DNA of 64,000 bases from Acidobacteriota bacterium. Its GTDB lineage: Bacteria; Acidobacteriota; Thermoanaerobaculia; UBA5066; Gp7-AA6. The stretch lies in the NCBI GenBank assembly GCA_046728075.1, contig JBKPDV010000032.1, positions 3,790-67,789 on the forward strand. Direction: 5' to 3'. Positions 37,109 to 47,072 of this stretch are shown here, in pieces (position 1 is the first letter of the stretch; every line of letters begins with the position of its first letter). The position numbers and the translations under genes were made by a program. Below the pieces are notes generated by a model. The model saw only the letters and a list, made by a program, of their open reading frames with translations, did no database searches and was not told the origin of the DNA.

Positions 37109-38176
37109 ATGCGCGCTCCCGCGAAAGCGGTCCTTCTTCTGGTTCTATCGGTTGCGGCGGGATGCTCACGGCGATCCACGGAGAACGCGGGAACGCCGCC
37201 CGCCGGCGGCAGGAAGATCCGCATCGGATTCTCGATGGACACGCTCAAGGAGGAGCGCTGGCATCGCGATCGGGACCTGCTCGTCAAGCGCGCGGGCGAG
37301 CTGGGCGCGGAAGTCCTGGTTCAGGCCGCCAACGGAAACGACGCGCTCCAGAACTCTCAGGCGGAGAACATGCTCACTCAGGGTGTCGACGTCCTGTTAG
37401 TCGCCCCCCACAACGGGAAGAGCGCCGCGGTGATCGTGGAAGCAGCGCACAAGGCCGGAGTCCCGGTGATCGCCTACGACCGGTTGATCAACGACGCGGA
37501 CGTGGACCTTTATCTCTCATTCGACAACGAGCGGGTCGGGCAGATGCAGGCTGAGTACCTCGTCCAACGCCGGCCGAAGGGCAGCTATGTCGTGATCGGT
37601 GGAGCGCCGACCGACAACAACGCGCACCTCTACCACAAGGGACAGATGAACGTGCTCGAGCCGTTGGTGAAGCGCGGCGAGATCCGCATCGTCGCCGACC
37701 AGTGGGCGCGCGACTGGCTCGCTGTCGAGGCGCTGAAGATCATGGAGAACGCCCTGACGCGGACGGCCAACCGGGTCGACGCGGTCGTCGCGGCCAACGA
37801 CGGTGTGGCAGGCGGCGCGATCCAGGCGTTATCCGAGCAGAATCTGGCGGGAAAGACACTGGTCTCCGGCCAGGACGCGGAGCTCTCGGCCTGCCAGAGA
37901 ATCGCGGCCGGGACCCAGGGCATGACCGTTTACAAGCCGATCCAGCGGCTCGCCTACAAGGCCGCCGAAGTCGCGGTGAAGCTCGCGCGCAAGCAGCCGC
38001 ACGGCGAGTCGACGCGTGGCGTTCCTAACGGCAAGCTCGATGTGCCGAGCATCCTGCTCGAGCCAATCGCCGTGGATAAAGACAACCTCGTCTCGACCGT
38101 CATCGCCGATGGCTACCAGAAGGCCGAAGATGTCTACCGCGGTCTCCCCCGCGAGCAGTCGCCCAGAAAACCGTGA
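37109..38176 (+). CDS. xylF: D-xylose ABC transporter substrate-binding protein
   Basis: It has a lipoprotein-type signal (LSVAAGCS). The mature protein aligns end-to-end with E. coli XylF (KIGxxMDxLxxERWxRDRDxxVKxAxxLGAxVxVQxANGN...DAVVAxNDxxAGGAIQALSxQxLxGK...SGQDAxLxxxxRIAAGTQxMTVYKPI). Confidence 0.85.
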   Translation: MRAPAKAVLLLVLSVAAGCSRRSTENAGTPPAGGRKIRIGFSMDTLKEERWHRDRDLLVKRAGELGAEVLVQAANGNDALQNSQAENMLTQGVDVLLVAPHNGKSAAVIVEAAHKAGVPVIAYDRLINDADVDLYLSFDNERVGQMQAEYLVQRRPKGSYVVIGGAPTDNNAHLYHKGQMNVLEPLVKRGEIRIVADQWARDWLAVEALKIMENALTRTANRVDAVVAANDGVAGGAIQALSEQNLAGKTLVSGQDAELSACQRIAAGTQGMTVYKPIQRLAYKAAEVAVKLARKQPHGESTRGVPNGKLDVPSILLEPIAVDKDNLVSTVIADGYQKAEDVYRGLPREQSPRKP

Positions 38177-38192
38177 CGGCCAGATCCCAGGG

Positions 38193-40514
38193 ATGAGCGC
38201 GCCCCGCGGGTTACGCCGCTTCGGGCCCGCCATCCTCTTCGCGCTTCTCGTCGTCCTGGTCTACTCCGACGTCGTCTTCCAGCGCCGGAACTTCGGCGGG
38301 CGAGACCTGCTCGCTTACAACCTCCCGATGGAAAAGGTGACTCACGACGCCTATGCCCACGGCGAGTTGCCTGTCTGGAATCCGTTTGTCTCCGGCGGCC
38401 GTCCGCACCTTCCCAATCCCAACGCGGGAGCTCTCTACCCGTTGCGGATTCTCCTGTCTCCGTTTTCTTTCCCCGTCGCGATGAGGATCTTTCCGCTGCT
38501 CCATTGGGCCCTGGCGGGAATCGGCGTCCTGGCTCTCCTCCGCTCTTTCGAGCTCTCACGAGAGGCCGCCTGGGTCGGTGCGGTGACCTATACGTTCTCC
38601 GGCGTCGTCGTCTCCTACGTCTTTTACACGCACATCCTGGCCGGAATGGCTCTCTTCCCTTGGATCCTCTGGATCGTCGCCGACCGGCACCTGCGCCCCC
38701 TCCCCCGGTATGCGGCTCTCTCGTTCGTCCTTGCCCTGGACCTGCTCGCAGCCGACGTTTTCACAGTCGGGCTGGCGATTCTCTGCTCCTTGCTCTGGAT
38801 CGTTCTCGAGGAAGATGCGTCGCGCAGGTGGAGGGCCGTCGGCTCGCTCTTCGCGGCGTTCGGCCTGGCTTGTCTGGCGGCGGCTCCGCAGATTGCCGCG
38901 ACGGCCCTGTGGGTCGGGGACACGAATCGCGCCGTCCGCGGCATCCGATTGGGCTCGGCGTTTCTGTTTTCGATTCCGTGGCCCCGCCTCTTCGAGCTCG
39001 TCGTCCCGTTTCCTTTCGGCGCGAACTGGTCGGCAGAGGACGCTCGAGTCTGGGGATGGCATCTCTTCCACGACAGGATGACGGGTCTCTTCAATTCCCT
39101 GTACGCGGGGGCGCTCGCCGTCATCGCCCTCTCTTCCTGGCGGCGACTCGACGGCCGAGGCTCGCGTTTCGCACGAAGCCTGTTTCTCACCGGCCTGATT
39201 CTGACGATACCGCCAAGCCTGATGCCGGCGAGCTGGGCGGACGCGCAATCGCCCCTGCCCCTGCGCAATCCCGAGAAGTTCGCCCTCGCGCTCGTTCTGG
39301 CTCTGGCACTTCTTTCGGGGCTCTTCTTCGACAGGCTGCGGCGCTCATCCGCGACAGTCCCTCGCTGGCCTCTCGCCGTGGCCGCGGTCCTCGCCGGACT
39401 CGCCGGCGCCGCCGCCCTCTACCCGGGTTACGCGGGTCGCGTGGCGGCGCTGCTCCTGGGCGACCGCCGCTTCTGGCGAATCGCCGCCCAGGAGATTCCC
39501 AGGGCTCTGACGGAAGGGGGACTTCTCTGGATCACGACCGTGATCGCACTTGCGGGGTCGGGGGCTGCCAGCCGGTGGCGAAGGGCGGGCTCCCTTCTCC
39601 TCCTGACTTTCGTTCCAATCGCGGCCAATCGCAAAATCGCGCAGACTTTCCGGGAAGAAGAGATCTTTGCGCCGACCGCGTTCGCTCATCAGCTCGCACG
39701 CTGGGATCCCCAGGGCGAGTACCGGACGCTCTCTCATCCCGGCGTCTCCCGTCTTGCGCGGCTCATTTCCAGCTCGGATCCGGGCCTCATCGAGATCGAT
39801 CGCCGGAGCTGGGACGAGCAGGAGCACGTTCTCTGGAAGCGCGGAGCCGTTCTCACGCCGGACTTCGACGTCGGAGACTTTCTCCGGATGGAAGGTCTCC
39901 GGCGCTGGCTGAGTTATCCGGCAAACTCGCCAGCGCGCTCCGCTCTCTTCGAAAGTCTTTCGCTTCGGTGGGGCATCCGGTTCCGGGACCAGTCCCCGCA
40001 GGAAGGCTTTCATCCGATCAAAGGGGACTCGATTCAGTTCTGGGATCAGCAGGAAAAAGCCTTCCCGAGCATCCGCCTCGCTGAGAAATACCGCGAAGCG
40101 AACGGGCCCGTGAACGCGCTTCAATCCATGGGAGCGCTCGAGCCAGGCGAGATCGTGATCGAGACGGGAGCTTCGCGACGAGGCGTCAGCCCGCCCGGGC
40201 GAATTCGCGTGCTGAAGAGCAAGGCGAACCGCCTGCAGATCCGCGTGGCCTCACCCGAGGCGGCATGGCTCTTCGTTCTGCGCGGGTTCTGGCGCCACCG
40301 GACCGTACTCCTCGACGGCGCGCCGGTAGAGACGGTTCCGGCTCAGCTCGCGTTCACCGCGCTGCGGGTTCCTCCCGGAGAGCACCAAGTGGACTGGCGG
40401 GAGCGCGTTCCGGGAGCCGGGTTCTCGATGTGGGGACCCCTTTTGTTCCTGCTCTCCATCGGTTGGCTCCTCTTCCGGATCCGCCTGGAGAGACGCGCCC
40501 GTAGCGCTTCGTGA
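38193..40514 (+). CDS. YfhO-like polytopic membrane protein (putative GT-C-type glycosyltransferase)
   Basis: The start is at MSAPRGLRRFGPAILFALLVVLV. It has about 14 TM helices in the N-terminal 500 aa and a soluble C-terminal domain. Its topology and N-terminal loop resemble the YfhO family. Confidence 0.5.
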   Translation: MSAPRGLRRFGPAILFALLVVLVYSDVVFQRRNFGGRDLLAYNLPMEKVTHDAYAHGELPVWNPFVSGGRPHLPNPNAGALYPLRILLSPFSFPVAMRIFPLLHWALAGIGVLALLRSFELSREAAWVGAVTYTFSGVVVSYVFYTHILAGMALFPWILWIVADRHLRPLPRYAALSFVLALDLLAADVFTVGLAILCSLLWIVLEEDASRRWRAVGSLFAAFGLACLAAAPQIAATALWVGDTNRAVRGIRLGSAFLFSIPWPRLFELVVPFPFGANWSAEDARVWGWHLFHDRMTGLFNSLYAGALAVIALSSWRRLDGRGSRFARSLFLTGLILTIPPSLMPASWADAQSPLPLRNPEKFALALVLALALLSGLFFDRLRRSSATVPRWPLAVAAVLAGLAGAAALYPGYAGRVAALLLGDRRFWRIAAQEIPRALTEGGLLWITTVIALAGSGAASRWRRAGSLLLLTFVPIAANRKIAQTFREEEIFAPTAFAHQLARWDPQGEYRTLSHPGVSRLARLISSSDPGLIEIDRRSWDEQEHVLWKRGAVLTPDFDVGDFLRMEGLRRWLSYPANSPARSALFESLSLRWGIRFRDQSPQEGFHPIKGDSIQFWDQQEKAFPSIRLAEKYREANGPVNALQSMGALEPGEIVIETGASRRGVSPPGRIRVLKSKANRLQIRVASPEAAWLFVLRGFWRHRTVLLDGAPVETVPAQLAFTALRVPPGEHQVDWRERVPGAGFSMWGPLLFLLSIGWLLFRIRLERRARSAS

Positions 40515-40555
40515 CGAGGGGCTCGGGACGATCCTTCGTTTTCGCTGAGCGCGCC

Positions 40556-43189
40556 TCATTTCCCTTTCTCGGGGGCCCATCCGACGACGACGGTGATCGG
40601 AAGGGCCGCGTCCTCGGGTCGGCGTGAGTTGACGACGAAGCGCTGGCCATCGGGCACCACGTCATAGTGGTTGCGGGTCTCGACCGTCGGAAAGATCCGC
40701 GTCTGGAAGAGGGCTCGCGGCGGGGAAGCTTCGAACGACGGATCGTTTCGAATTTCGACGGACATGATCTTGCGGTCCGGAGAGACATAGAACATCTCTT
40801 TGCCATCCCCGCGCCATCGCGGTTGCGTTCCGCCTCCAGCGGAAATCTGCCGGCGATCTTCCAACCCCGGAAAAGCTCGGACGTAGACCTCGCGGGCTCC
40901 CGATTCTTCCGACTCGTAGGCGAGCCAGTGTCCGTCCGGCGAGAAGCGCGCTCCCATCTCGTTGAACGGATCCTTCAAGAGTGGCCGGTTCGAGCCGGTT
41001 TGCAGGTCCCGCAGACCCACATCGAAGTGGAACGTGGGCCAATCCACCGTTTCATAGACGAGGTATCGGCCATCTCGAGACACGTCATCGAGGGGCCAGA
41101 AAGCGGGAAACCGAAACAACAACTTCTCTTTCTCCGCCGCGGCGGCATCCCGCACGTAGACTTCTCCCGTCGGATAGACCGAGTAGAGGATCCTTCGACC
41201 GTCTGGCATCCAGAGCGGCGAAGCGTCGGCCAGCGCGTTCTCGAAGGAGAAACGGGCGAAGCTTCCGCGCTCGAGGTCGATCAGCCAGATCGCGGATCCG
41301 CGCTCGTCGTTCCGCGCGACGGCAACCCGGCGTCCGTCGGGCGAGACCGCCGGCTCGTAGAACGCACCGGACGGACCGAGGGCGCGGATTTCCCGCCCCG
41401 CCCGATCGTAAAGGAGCAGCCGCGTCTGGCTCAAGCCGCCTGTCTGATAGGCGAGAACGCCGTTGGAAGAGGCGGTGAAGGCAGTCGCGAGCGTGGAAAT
41501 GCCGTCCCACCAGACGTCCCCGACGAGGGGAACCGCGTCCCCGGTCACGCGAAGGCCCTTAGGATCGAACGGCTGCGCAACCAGTCGGTCGCCCGTCCGA
41601 AAGAGCACGTGACCCGGAGGTGAATAGATCGCGCCAGAATCCGCGACCGCAATGCGCCGTAATTCCTTGGAGTCGAGAGACGCGGCGGAGATCCCGGTCG
41701 CGCTTCCCGTGCCGGCGATCGACAGATACAGGAAGTGGCGCCCGTCGGGAAGAAAACTCGGCCAGCGGAAGCTTTCGCCGCTCCGCGAGGCCAGGTGAGT
41801 GATCCGGCGAGACTCTCCCCCTGCCTCCGAGACGAACCGGATCTGCCCGCCCGTCTCCGTCGAAAAAACGATCGTGCCGGTCGAACCCCACGATCCTCCC
41901 CGCGGGCCGGTCGCGTCGCAAAGAATCTGCGGCGAACCACCGGAGACGTCGATTCGCTTGAGTTTCCCCTGCGCAAAGAAGCCGACCGCGTGCCCGTCGG
42001 GAGACCAGAACGGATAAGCCGCTCCCTCCGTTGCCGGCAGAGGCTGCGCTTGCGTCGAATCGAGCCGGCGCAGGTAGAGAAGATCCCGGCCGTCGGTCTC
42101 GGTCGCCACGAAAGCCAGCGTCCGCCCATCGGGCGAAAGGGCGAGCATTCCCTGGAGAGCCGCGCCGGCGGGTGGAAGAATCGTGAACTGGAGCTTTCCG
42201 AGAGAGAGACTTTGCGGCTGGTTCGACCGGGAGAAGAGAAGGCCGCCGACCACCAGAAGCAAGGCCGCCGCGACGATCCAGCCGGCCAAACCACGAGGCG
42301 CGCGCCGAACCGCCTCGGTACTGGGACCACCCCTGACGATCTCCTCGAGCTCGAGCGCGACATCCCGGGCGCTCTGCCACCGGCGCTCGGGGTCCTTGGC
42401 GAGACACCTCCGAACCGTGTGTTCGAGCGCCGGAGGATTCACCGGTTGGATGGCGGTGATCGACGCCGGCTCCTCCTTCATGATCGAGGAGATCAACGAG
42501 GCCTGGCTCGAGCCGGAAAATGCTTTCCGGCCCGTCGCCATCTCGTAGAGCGTCGCGCCGAAGGCGAAGATGTCGGTGCGAGCATCAGCGGGCTTGGCTT
42601 CCAACTGCTCCGGCGCCATGTACTGCAGCGTGCCCAGGATCGCTCCCTCTTGCGTCAGCGCTCGCTCGGTCGGCAAAGAAGTCACGCTCGTCGAGCCGGC
42701 CGGCGCGCTCACGGCGCGGGCCAGGCCGAAGTCGAGCAGCTTGACGCCCGACTTGGTCAACATGACGTTGCCGGGCTTCAAGTCCCGGTGCACGATGCCC
42801 TGCCGGTGCGCCACGTCCAGAGCGTCGGCGATCTCGATCCCGTATCGAAGCGTCTGCTCGAGCGGCAGCGCCCCTTTCATCAGTCGGTCCGCGAGCGTCT
42901 CCCCCTCCAGATATTCCATGACCAGATACTCGACGCCGTCCTGGTTGCCCACGTCGTAGAGGGCGCATATGTGAGGGTGTGACAATGCAGATATTGTTTT
43001 CGCCTCACGCTCGAAGCGCTGGCGAACTTCCGGCGAAGAAGAAAGATGCTGCGGCAGCACCTTGACGGCGACCGTCCGGTCGAGCCGCGTGTCTCGCGCC
43101 CGATAGACCTCCCCCATTCCGCCGGCGCCCAGCGGGGAGACGACTTCGTAGGGACCTAACAGGCTTCCAGCCGCAATCGTCATCTTCAC
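40556..43189 (-). CDS. Ser/Thr protein kinase with TolB/PD40-like beta-propeller (subfamily A)
   Basis: MKMTIAAGSLLGPYEVVSPLGAGGMGEVYRARD. Its first about 900 nt is highly similar to the 43339 and 11820 genes. It is a tandem paralog of the upstream gene. Confidence 0.9.
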   Translation of the reverse strand: MKMTIAAGSLLGPYEVVSPLGAGGMGEVYRARDTRLDRTVAVKVLPQHLSSSPEVRQRFEREAKTISALSHPHICALYDVGNQDGVEYLVMEYLEGETLADRLMKGALPLEQTLRYGIEIADALDVAHRQGIVHRDLKPGNVMLTKSGVKLLDFGLARAVSAPAGSTSVTSLPTERALTQEGAILGTLQYMAPEQLEAKPADARTDIFAFGATLYEMATGRKAFSGSSQASLISSIMKEEPASITAIQPVNPPALEHTVRRCLAKDPERRWQSARDVALELEEIVRGGPSTEAVRRAPRGLAGWIVAAALLLVVGGLLFSRSNQPQSLSLGKLQFTILPPAGAALQGMLALSPDGRTLAFVATETDGRDLLYLRRLDSTQAQPLPATEGAAYPFWSPDGHAVGFFAQGKLKRIDVSGGSPQILCDATGPRGGSWGSTGTIVFSTETGGQIRFVSEAGGESRRITHLASRSGESFRWPSFLPDGRHFLYLSIAGTGSATGISAASLDSKELRRIAVADSGAIYSPPGHVLFRTGDRLVAQPFDPKGLRVTGDAVPLVGDVWWDGISTLATAFTASSNGVLAYQTGGLSQTRLLLYDRAGREIRALGPSGAFYEPAVSPDGRRVAVARNDERGSAIWLIDLERGSFARFSFENALADASPLWMPDGRRILYSVYPTGEVYVRDAAAAEKEKLLFRFPAFWPLDDVSRDGRYLVYETVDWPTFHFDVGLRDLQTGSNRPLLKDPFNEMGARFSPDGHWLAYESEESGAREVYVRAFPGLEDRRQISAGGGTQPRWRGDGKEMFYVSPDRKIMSVEIRNDPSFEASPPRALFQTRIFPTVETRNHYDVVPDGQRFVVNSRRPEDAALPITVVVGWAPEKGK

Positions 43190-43198
43190 TTCACCCGA

Positions 43199-43303
43199 TT
43201 ACACGATCACCCGATGCGCGAAAGCACCGATTTCCCCCATGCCGCCAGCACTACGTGGAGAGAAAACCTCATAAGGTTCTAACCGGCTCCCGGCGGAGAT
43301 CAC
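43199..43303 (-). pseudogene. 34-codon in-frame remnant of a kinase N-terminus (GTG...TAA) between two kinase paralogs
   Basis: It translates to V I S A G S R L E P Y E V F S P R S A G G M G E I G A F A H R V I V *. It matches the kinase N-terminus 'TISAGSRLGPYEVLS.LGAGGMGE' and then runs into the conserved leader. Confidence 0.5.
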
Positions 43304-43338
43304 AAATCACCAATCACAAATAACAAATCCTTCGAGCG

Positions 43339-46002
43339 CTATCCGGCCTTCTTCAACAGAGCCGTCCAGTTTGAGACGACGACCGCGCCGTCCTCTCCGG
43401 CATCCGGAACTCGTCGGATCACCAGAAAGCGCTGGCCGTCCGGAGAAACGTCGTACGGGTGGCGAGAGAATTGGATCTCTCCCATCAGGCCGAGCTTCAG
43501 TAAGAACAGAGGCTGGGGTTGCGAGATCTCCAAACGGCCGCCGGCCAGCTGAATGGTGACGGAGTTGAGCGTCCCATCCCTGGCGGCGTAGAAAACTTCG
43601 GAGCCGTTTCGATTCCAGACCGGCATTTGCCCTCCTCCGATGGAGACCTGCCGCTTCGGGCCGCCGGAGAGAGACTGCACGTAGACCTCTCTCTGCCCCG
43701 ATTCCGTCGAGTCGAAGGCGGTCGACCGGCCGTCGGGAGAGATCTCGGGATGCTCCTCGGTAAACCGGGAGTCCCCGCTCAGCCGAACGGGATCGCCCGG
43801 CTTCGACAGAGAAACCAGAACGCGAGCGTGGTGATCTCCTTCCGGCACGTCGACGAGCAGCTGGCCCCCGTCCGGCAACACGGTCGGCAGGATTTTGTCT
43901 TGCTTCGTTCGAGCCAGGATCTTTTCGGCGCCGCCGCTCGCCGGGCGCTCGTAGAGATCGTAGAAGCCGGCGTGATCGGAGACATAAACCAGTCGTTCCC
44001 CGTCCGGGAACCACGCGGGATCGAACTCGTCGGTGCGCTCGGCCGTGATCCGAGAGCCCGTCCCGCGAGACGCATCGAGCACCCAGACATCTGTGTTCTG
44101 ACCGTGCGACGGATCCCGCAACGCCACAGCCACCTTTCCGCCGTCCGGCGAGATTCGAACGTCTTCGTATCCTCCGATTTCTCCGAGAACGCCGAGTTCC
44201 TTTCCCTTCCGATCCACCCAGACGAGTCGTCGCCTCAAGAACCACGGAAGATAGGCCAGGCGATTCCCTGCCGCCGAGAGCGACAGCAGGTTGTCTTCGG
44301 TCGAATAGCGAACCTGCTCGAGCACTGGAACGGGATTTCCGAGGAGCCGGAGACGTCGCGGATCAAAACTCCAGGCGAACAGGGCGTTGTCGCGAGCGAA
44401 GAGCAGATAGCCCGGATCCGCGAAGACGGCGGCCGAGTCGGCATGGAAGAGCCGGCGGACTTCCTTCGAATCGAGCGAGGCGAGGCAGACGGAGGTCTTT
44501 TCCGGATCGACATCTCGCGCCACGAAGAGGAAGTGCCGATCATCCGGAAGGAAACTCGGATGGAAATGGGCCTCTCCGCGGGCTGAATCGGGCGCCGTGA
44601 CCGGCCGAGGAGTGCCCCCGATGGCGGGAACGGCCACGATCGGAGCGCCAAATTCCGAGGTGAAGAGGATGGTGCCCTGACGACTCCATGCGCCGGAAAA
44701 TGCTCCTCCGGCCTCGCAGATCGTCTCGACAGGACCTCCTTCCGCGCTCACGCGCTTCAACTTCCCTTCCGAGAAGAAAGCTATCTCGCGGCTGTCGGGG
44801 GACCAAAACATGCCGTGCGCCTCCTCGGTGCCCCGCACCCGGCGCATCTCCAGGCTGTCCAGGGAGCGCACCGCGACCGAGAATCGTCCTCCCTCGTCCT
44901 GGAGAAGGAAGGCGATCCTCCGCCCATCCGGAGAGAGTTTGAGCAATGGCAGGAAGCCCTGGCCGGCGGGGACCGGGATCGAAAAGCGGGTCAGCTCCGC
45001 GGGCACCGCAGAGCGGCGAAGGAGCAGGGCAGACAGAGCGGCGAGGATTGCGGCGAGAGCCGCGAGGGCCCAGGCGAGTCGTTCCCGACGCGCACGGTGA
45101 GCGGCCGAGAGGGAAGCGATCCCAGCTCCGCCTGACGCCTCTCCCTCCGCGGTCCATTTCAGCTCCTTGGCGACGTCAGCGGCACTCTGCCAGCGATCCT
45201 CCGGATCCTTTTCGAGGCACGTTTTCACCACGCGGTCGAGCGTCGGCGGCGTCATCGGCCGGAGCTGCGAGATCGGCGGCGGATCGTTCTGCATGATCGC
45301 GGCGATCAGCGATGCCCGGCTCGCTCCGGGAAAAGCCTTTCTTCCTGTCGCCATCTCGTAGAGCACCGCGCCCAAGGCAAAGATGTCGGTGCGCGCGTCG
45401 GCTTGCCTCCCCTCGAGCTGCTCGGGCGCCATGTACTGCACTGTGCCGAGGATCGTGCCTTGTTCGGTCAAGGGCGTCGTCTTCGTCGGCAGCGCCGACG
45501 AAGACCCCGGCTCTTCCGCTGGAGAAGGAGCCAGCCGCGCGAGCCCAAAGTCCAGGAGCTTCACGCCCGACTTCGTCAGCATGACGTTGCCGGGCTTTAA
45601 GTCCCGATGGACGATGCCCTGGCGGTGCGCGCGGTCCAACGCGTCCGCGATCTCGATCCCGTATCGCAACGTCGCCTCGAGCGGCAGCGCCCCTTTCATC
45701 AGCCGATCCGCGAGAGTCTCCCCCTCCAGGTACTCCATGACCAGGTACTCGACCCCGTCCTGGTTGCCGACGTCGTAGAGCGCGCAGATGTGGGGATGGG
45801 ACAATGCAGATATTGTTCTTGCCTCCCGCTCGAAGCGCTGGCGAACTTCCGCCGAAGAAGAAAGATGCTGCGGCAGCACCTTAATGGCCACCGTCCGCCC
45901 GAGCCGCGTGTCCAGAGCCTTCCACACCTCCCCCATGCCTCCTGCTCCGAGGGCCGAGAGAACTTCGTAAGGCCCCAGCCGGCTCCCTGCCGAGATCGTC
46001 AC
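43339..46002 (-). CDS. Ser/Thr protein kinase with TolB/PD40-like beta-propeller (subfamily A)
   Basis: The start is probably the GTG at 46002 (V/MTISAGSRLGPYEVLSALGAGGMGEVWKALD), analogous to MTIATGS/MTIAAGS in the paralogs. It has the kinase motifs and PD40 blades. Confidence 0.85.
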   Translation of the reverse strand: MTISAGSRLGPYEVLSALGAGGMGEVWKALDTRLGRTVAIKVLPQHLSSSAEVRQRFEREARTISALSHPHICALYDVGNQDGVEYLVMEYLEGETLADRLMKGALPLEATLRYGIEIADALDRAHRQGIVHRDLKPGNVMLTKSGVKLLDFGLARLAPSPAEEPGSSSALPTKTTPLTEQGTILGTVQYMAPEQLEGRQADARTDIFALGAVLYEMATGRKAFPGASRASLIAAIMQNDPPPISQLRPMTPPTLDRVVKTCLEKDPEDRWQSAADVAKELKWTAEGEASGGAGIASLSAAHRARRERLAWALAALAAILAALSALLLRRSAVPAELTRFSIPVPAGQGFLPLLKLSPDGRRIAFLLQDEGGRFSVAVRSLDSLEMRRVRGTEEAHGMFWSPDSREIAFFSEGKLKRVSAEGGPVETICEAGGAFSGAWSRQGTILFTSEFGAPIVAVPAIGGTPRPVTAPDSARGEAHFHPSFLPDDRHFLFVARDVDPEKTSVCLASLDSKEVRRLFHADSAAVFADPGYLLFARDNALFAWSFDPRRLRLLGNPVPVLEQVRYSTEDNLLSLSAAGNRLAYLPWFLRRRLVWVDRKGKELGVLGEIGGYEDVRISPDGGKVAVALRDPSHGQNTDVWVLDASRGTGSRITAERTDEFDPAWFPDGERLVYVSDHAGFYDLYERPASGGAEKILARTKQDKILPTVLPDGGQLLVDVPEGDHHARVLVSLSKPGDPVRLSGDSRFTEEHPEISPDGRSTAFDSTESGQREVYVQSLSGGPKRQVSIGGGQMPVWNRNGSEVFYAARDGTLNSVTIQLAGGRLEISQPQPLFLLKLGLMGEIQFSRHPYDVSPDGQRFLVIRRVPDAGEDGAVVVSNWTALLKKAG

Positions 46003-46087
46003 ATCGCCTCGCTCATTGAACCGATGAATCGATGGATGGATGAACCGATCACACCATCGCAACCGGTTCGATGATTCCAGATGGCGT

Positions 46088-46117
46088 TTGACACAAATTC
46101 CAACGAGGGCCTAGTAT
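46088..46117 (+). promoter_or_regulatory. Sigma70-like promoter (TTGACA-18-TAGTAT) for the 46218 gene
   Basis: The -35 is ttgaca at 46088-46093, with an 18-nt spacer and tagtat at 46112-46117. A GGAGGG SD sits 7 nt before the ATG at 46218. Confidence 0.35.
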
Positions 46118-46217
46118 CTCAGCCCTTGCGCTCAAGCGGCGCGAACCGTTGTGTCGGCCGATTTGGTCAGAGCGGCGAAAGGCTCTCGTGGAAAAGCCAG
46201 AACAGGAGGGTAAACGA

Positions 46218-47072
46218 ATGAGAACCCCGAAGCGGAGTTGGAGTGCCTTAGTTCCGGTGCTCGGGTTGCTTGGTGCTTGGACGTTGCCGGCGAACATCGC
46301 GCGTGCCGGCGATGCCTGCGCCGCGCTGGGCCTGGGCAATACAGGCGCGATCCAGACGGCCTTGACCACGGCACTCAAGAGCGCGGCGCCGAACAAGGCT
46401 GCCAATGGAGGACTGGGCAATCAGATGTGGGCGACGGTCGTCGACCAGGATGGAAAGGTCTGCGCCGTCACGTTTACCGGCGCCACCAGAATCAGCCAAT
46501 GGCCGGGGAGCCGGGTGATCTCGGCACAAAAAGCCAATACAGCGGCAGCGTTCAATCTCCCGGCCGGTACTGGCGGCACGGTGGACGCGTTGTCCACGGC
46601 GAATCTCTGGACCCAGGTGCAACCCGGCGGGAGCCTCTTCGGGCTGCAATTCAGCAATCCCGTCGATCCGGCGGTCGCCTACGGCAACAGCGGAAATGCG
46701 GGCGGAGACGCTTCGAAGTACGGAACCGCGCAGGATCCGCTGGTCGGCCAATTCGTGGGCGGCGTGAATGTCTTCGGAGGCGGCCTCGCGCTCTATGACG
46801 CGAGCGGCAAGAAAGTGGGGGCCGTCGGTGTGAGTGGCGATACTTCGTGTGCCGACCACAACATCGCCTGGCGGACACGCCACGCGCTGGGGCTCGATCG
46901 CCTGACAACTGCCGGGGTCAGAGGGCTAAGCGCCGCGCCGAGGCAGGACAACATCATCTATGACCTCAACCCTCTCGACAAACATCACGCGGTGGACAAC
47001 AGCAAGAGTGGATTCGGTCATCCTCTTTGCGGGTTCGGGGAAGAGGCCGCCGTGCTGCCGCCCACCCAGTAG
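46218..47072 (+). CDS. Secreted GlcG/HbpS-like (DUF336) protein
   Basis: The start is at MRTPKRSWSALVPVLGLLGAWTLPANIARA (signal peptide). The DUF336-like core is 'SAQKANTAAAF...GGLALYDASGKKVGAVGVSG'. Confidence 0.5.
   Translation: MRTPKRSWSALVPVLGLLGAWTLPANIARAGDACAALGLGNTGAIQTALTTALKSAAPNKAANGGLGNQMWATVVDQDGKVCAVTFTGATRISQWPGSRVISAQKANTAAAFNLPAGTGGTVDALSTANLWTQVQPGGSLFGLQFSNPVDPAVAYGNSGNAGGDASKYGTAQDPLVGQFVGGVNVFGGGLALYDASGKKVGAVGVSGDTSCADHNIAWRTRHALGLDRLTTAGVRGLSAAPRQDNIIYDLNPLDKHHAVDNSKSGFGHPLCGFGEEAAVLPPTQ

Noticed and set aside
40556-46062. Possible diversity-generating retroelement acting on the near-identical kinase copies
   Set aside because: There is no reverse transcriptase, template repeat or adenine-specific mutational pattern. 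The similarity is in the conserved kinase module, not a variable region. Gene conversion is the simpler explanation.
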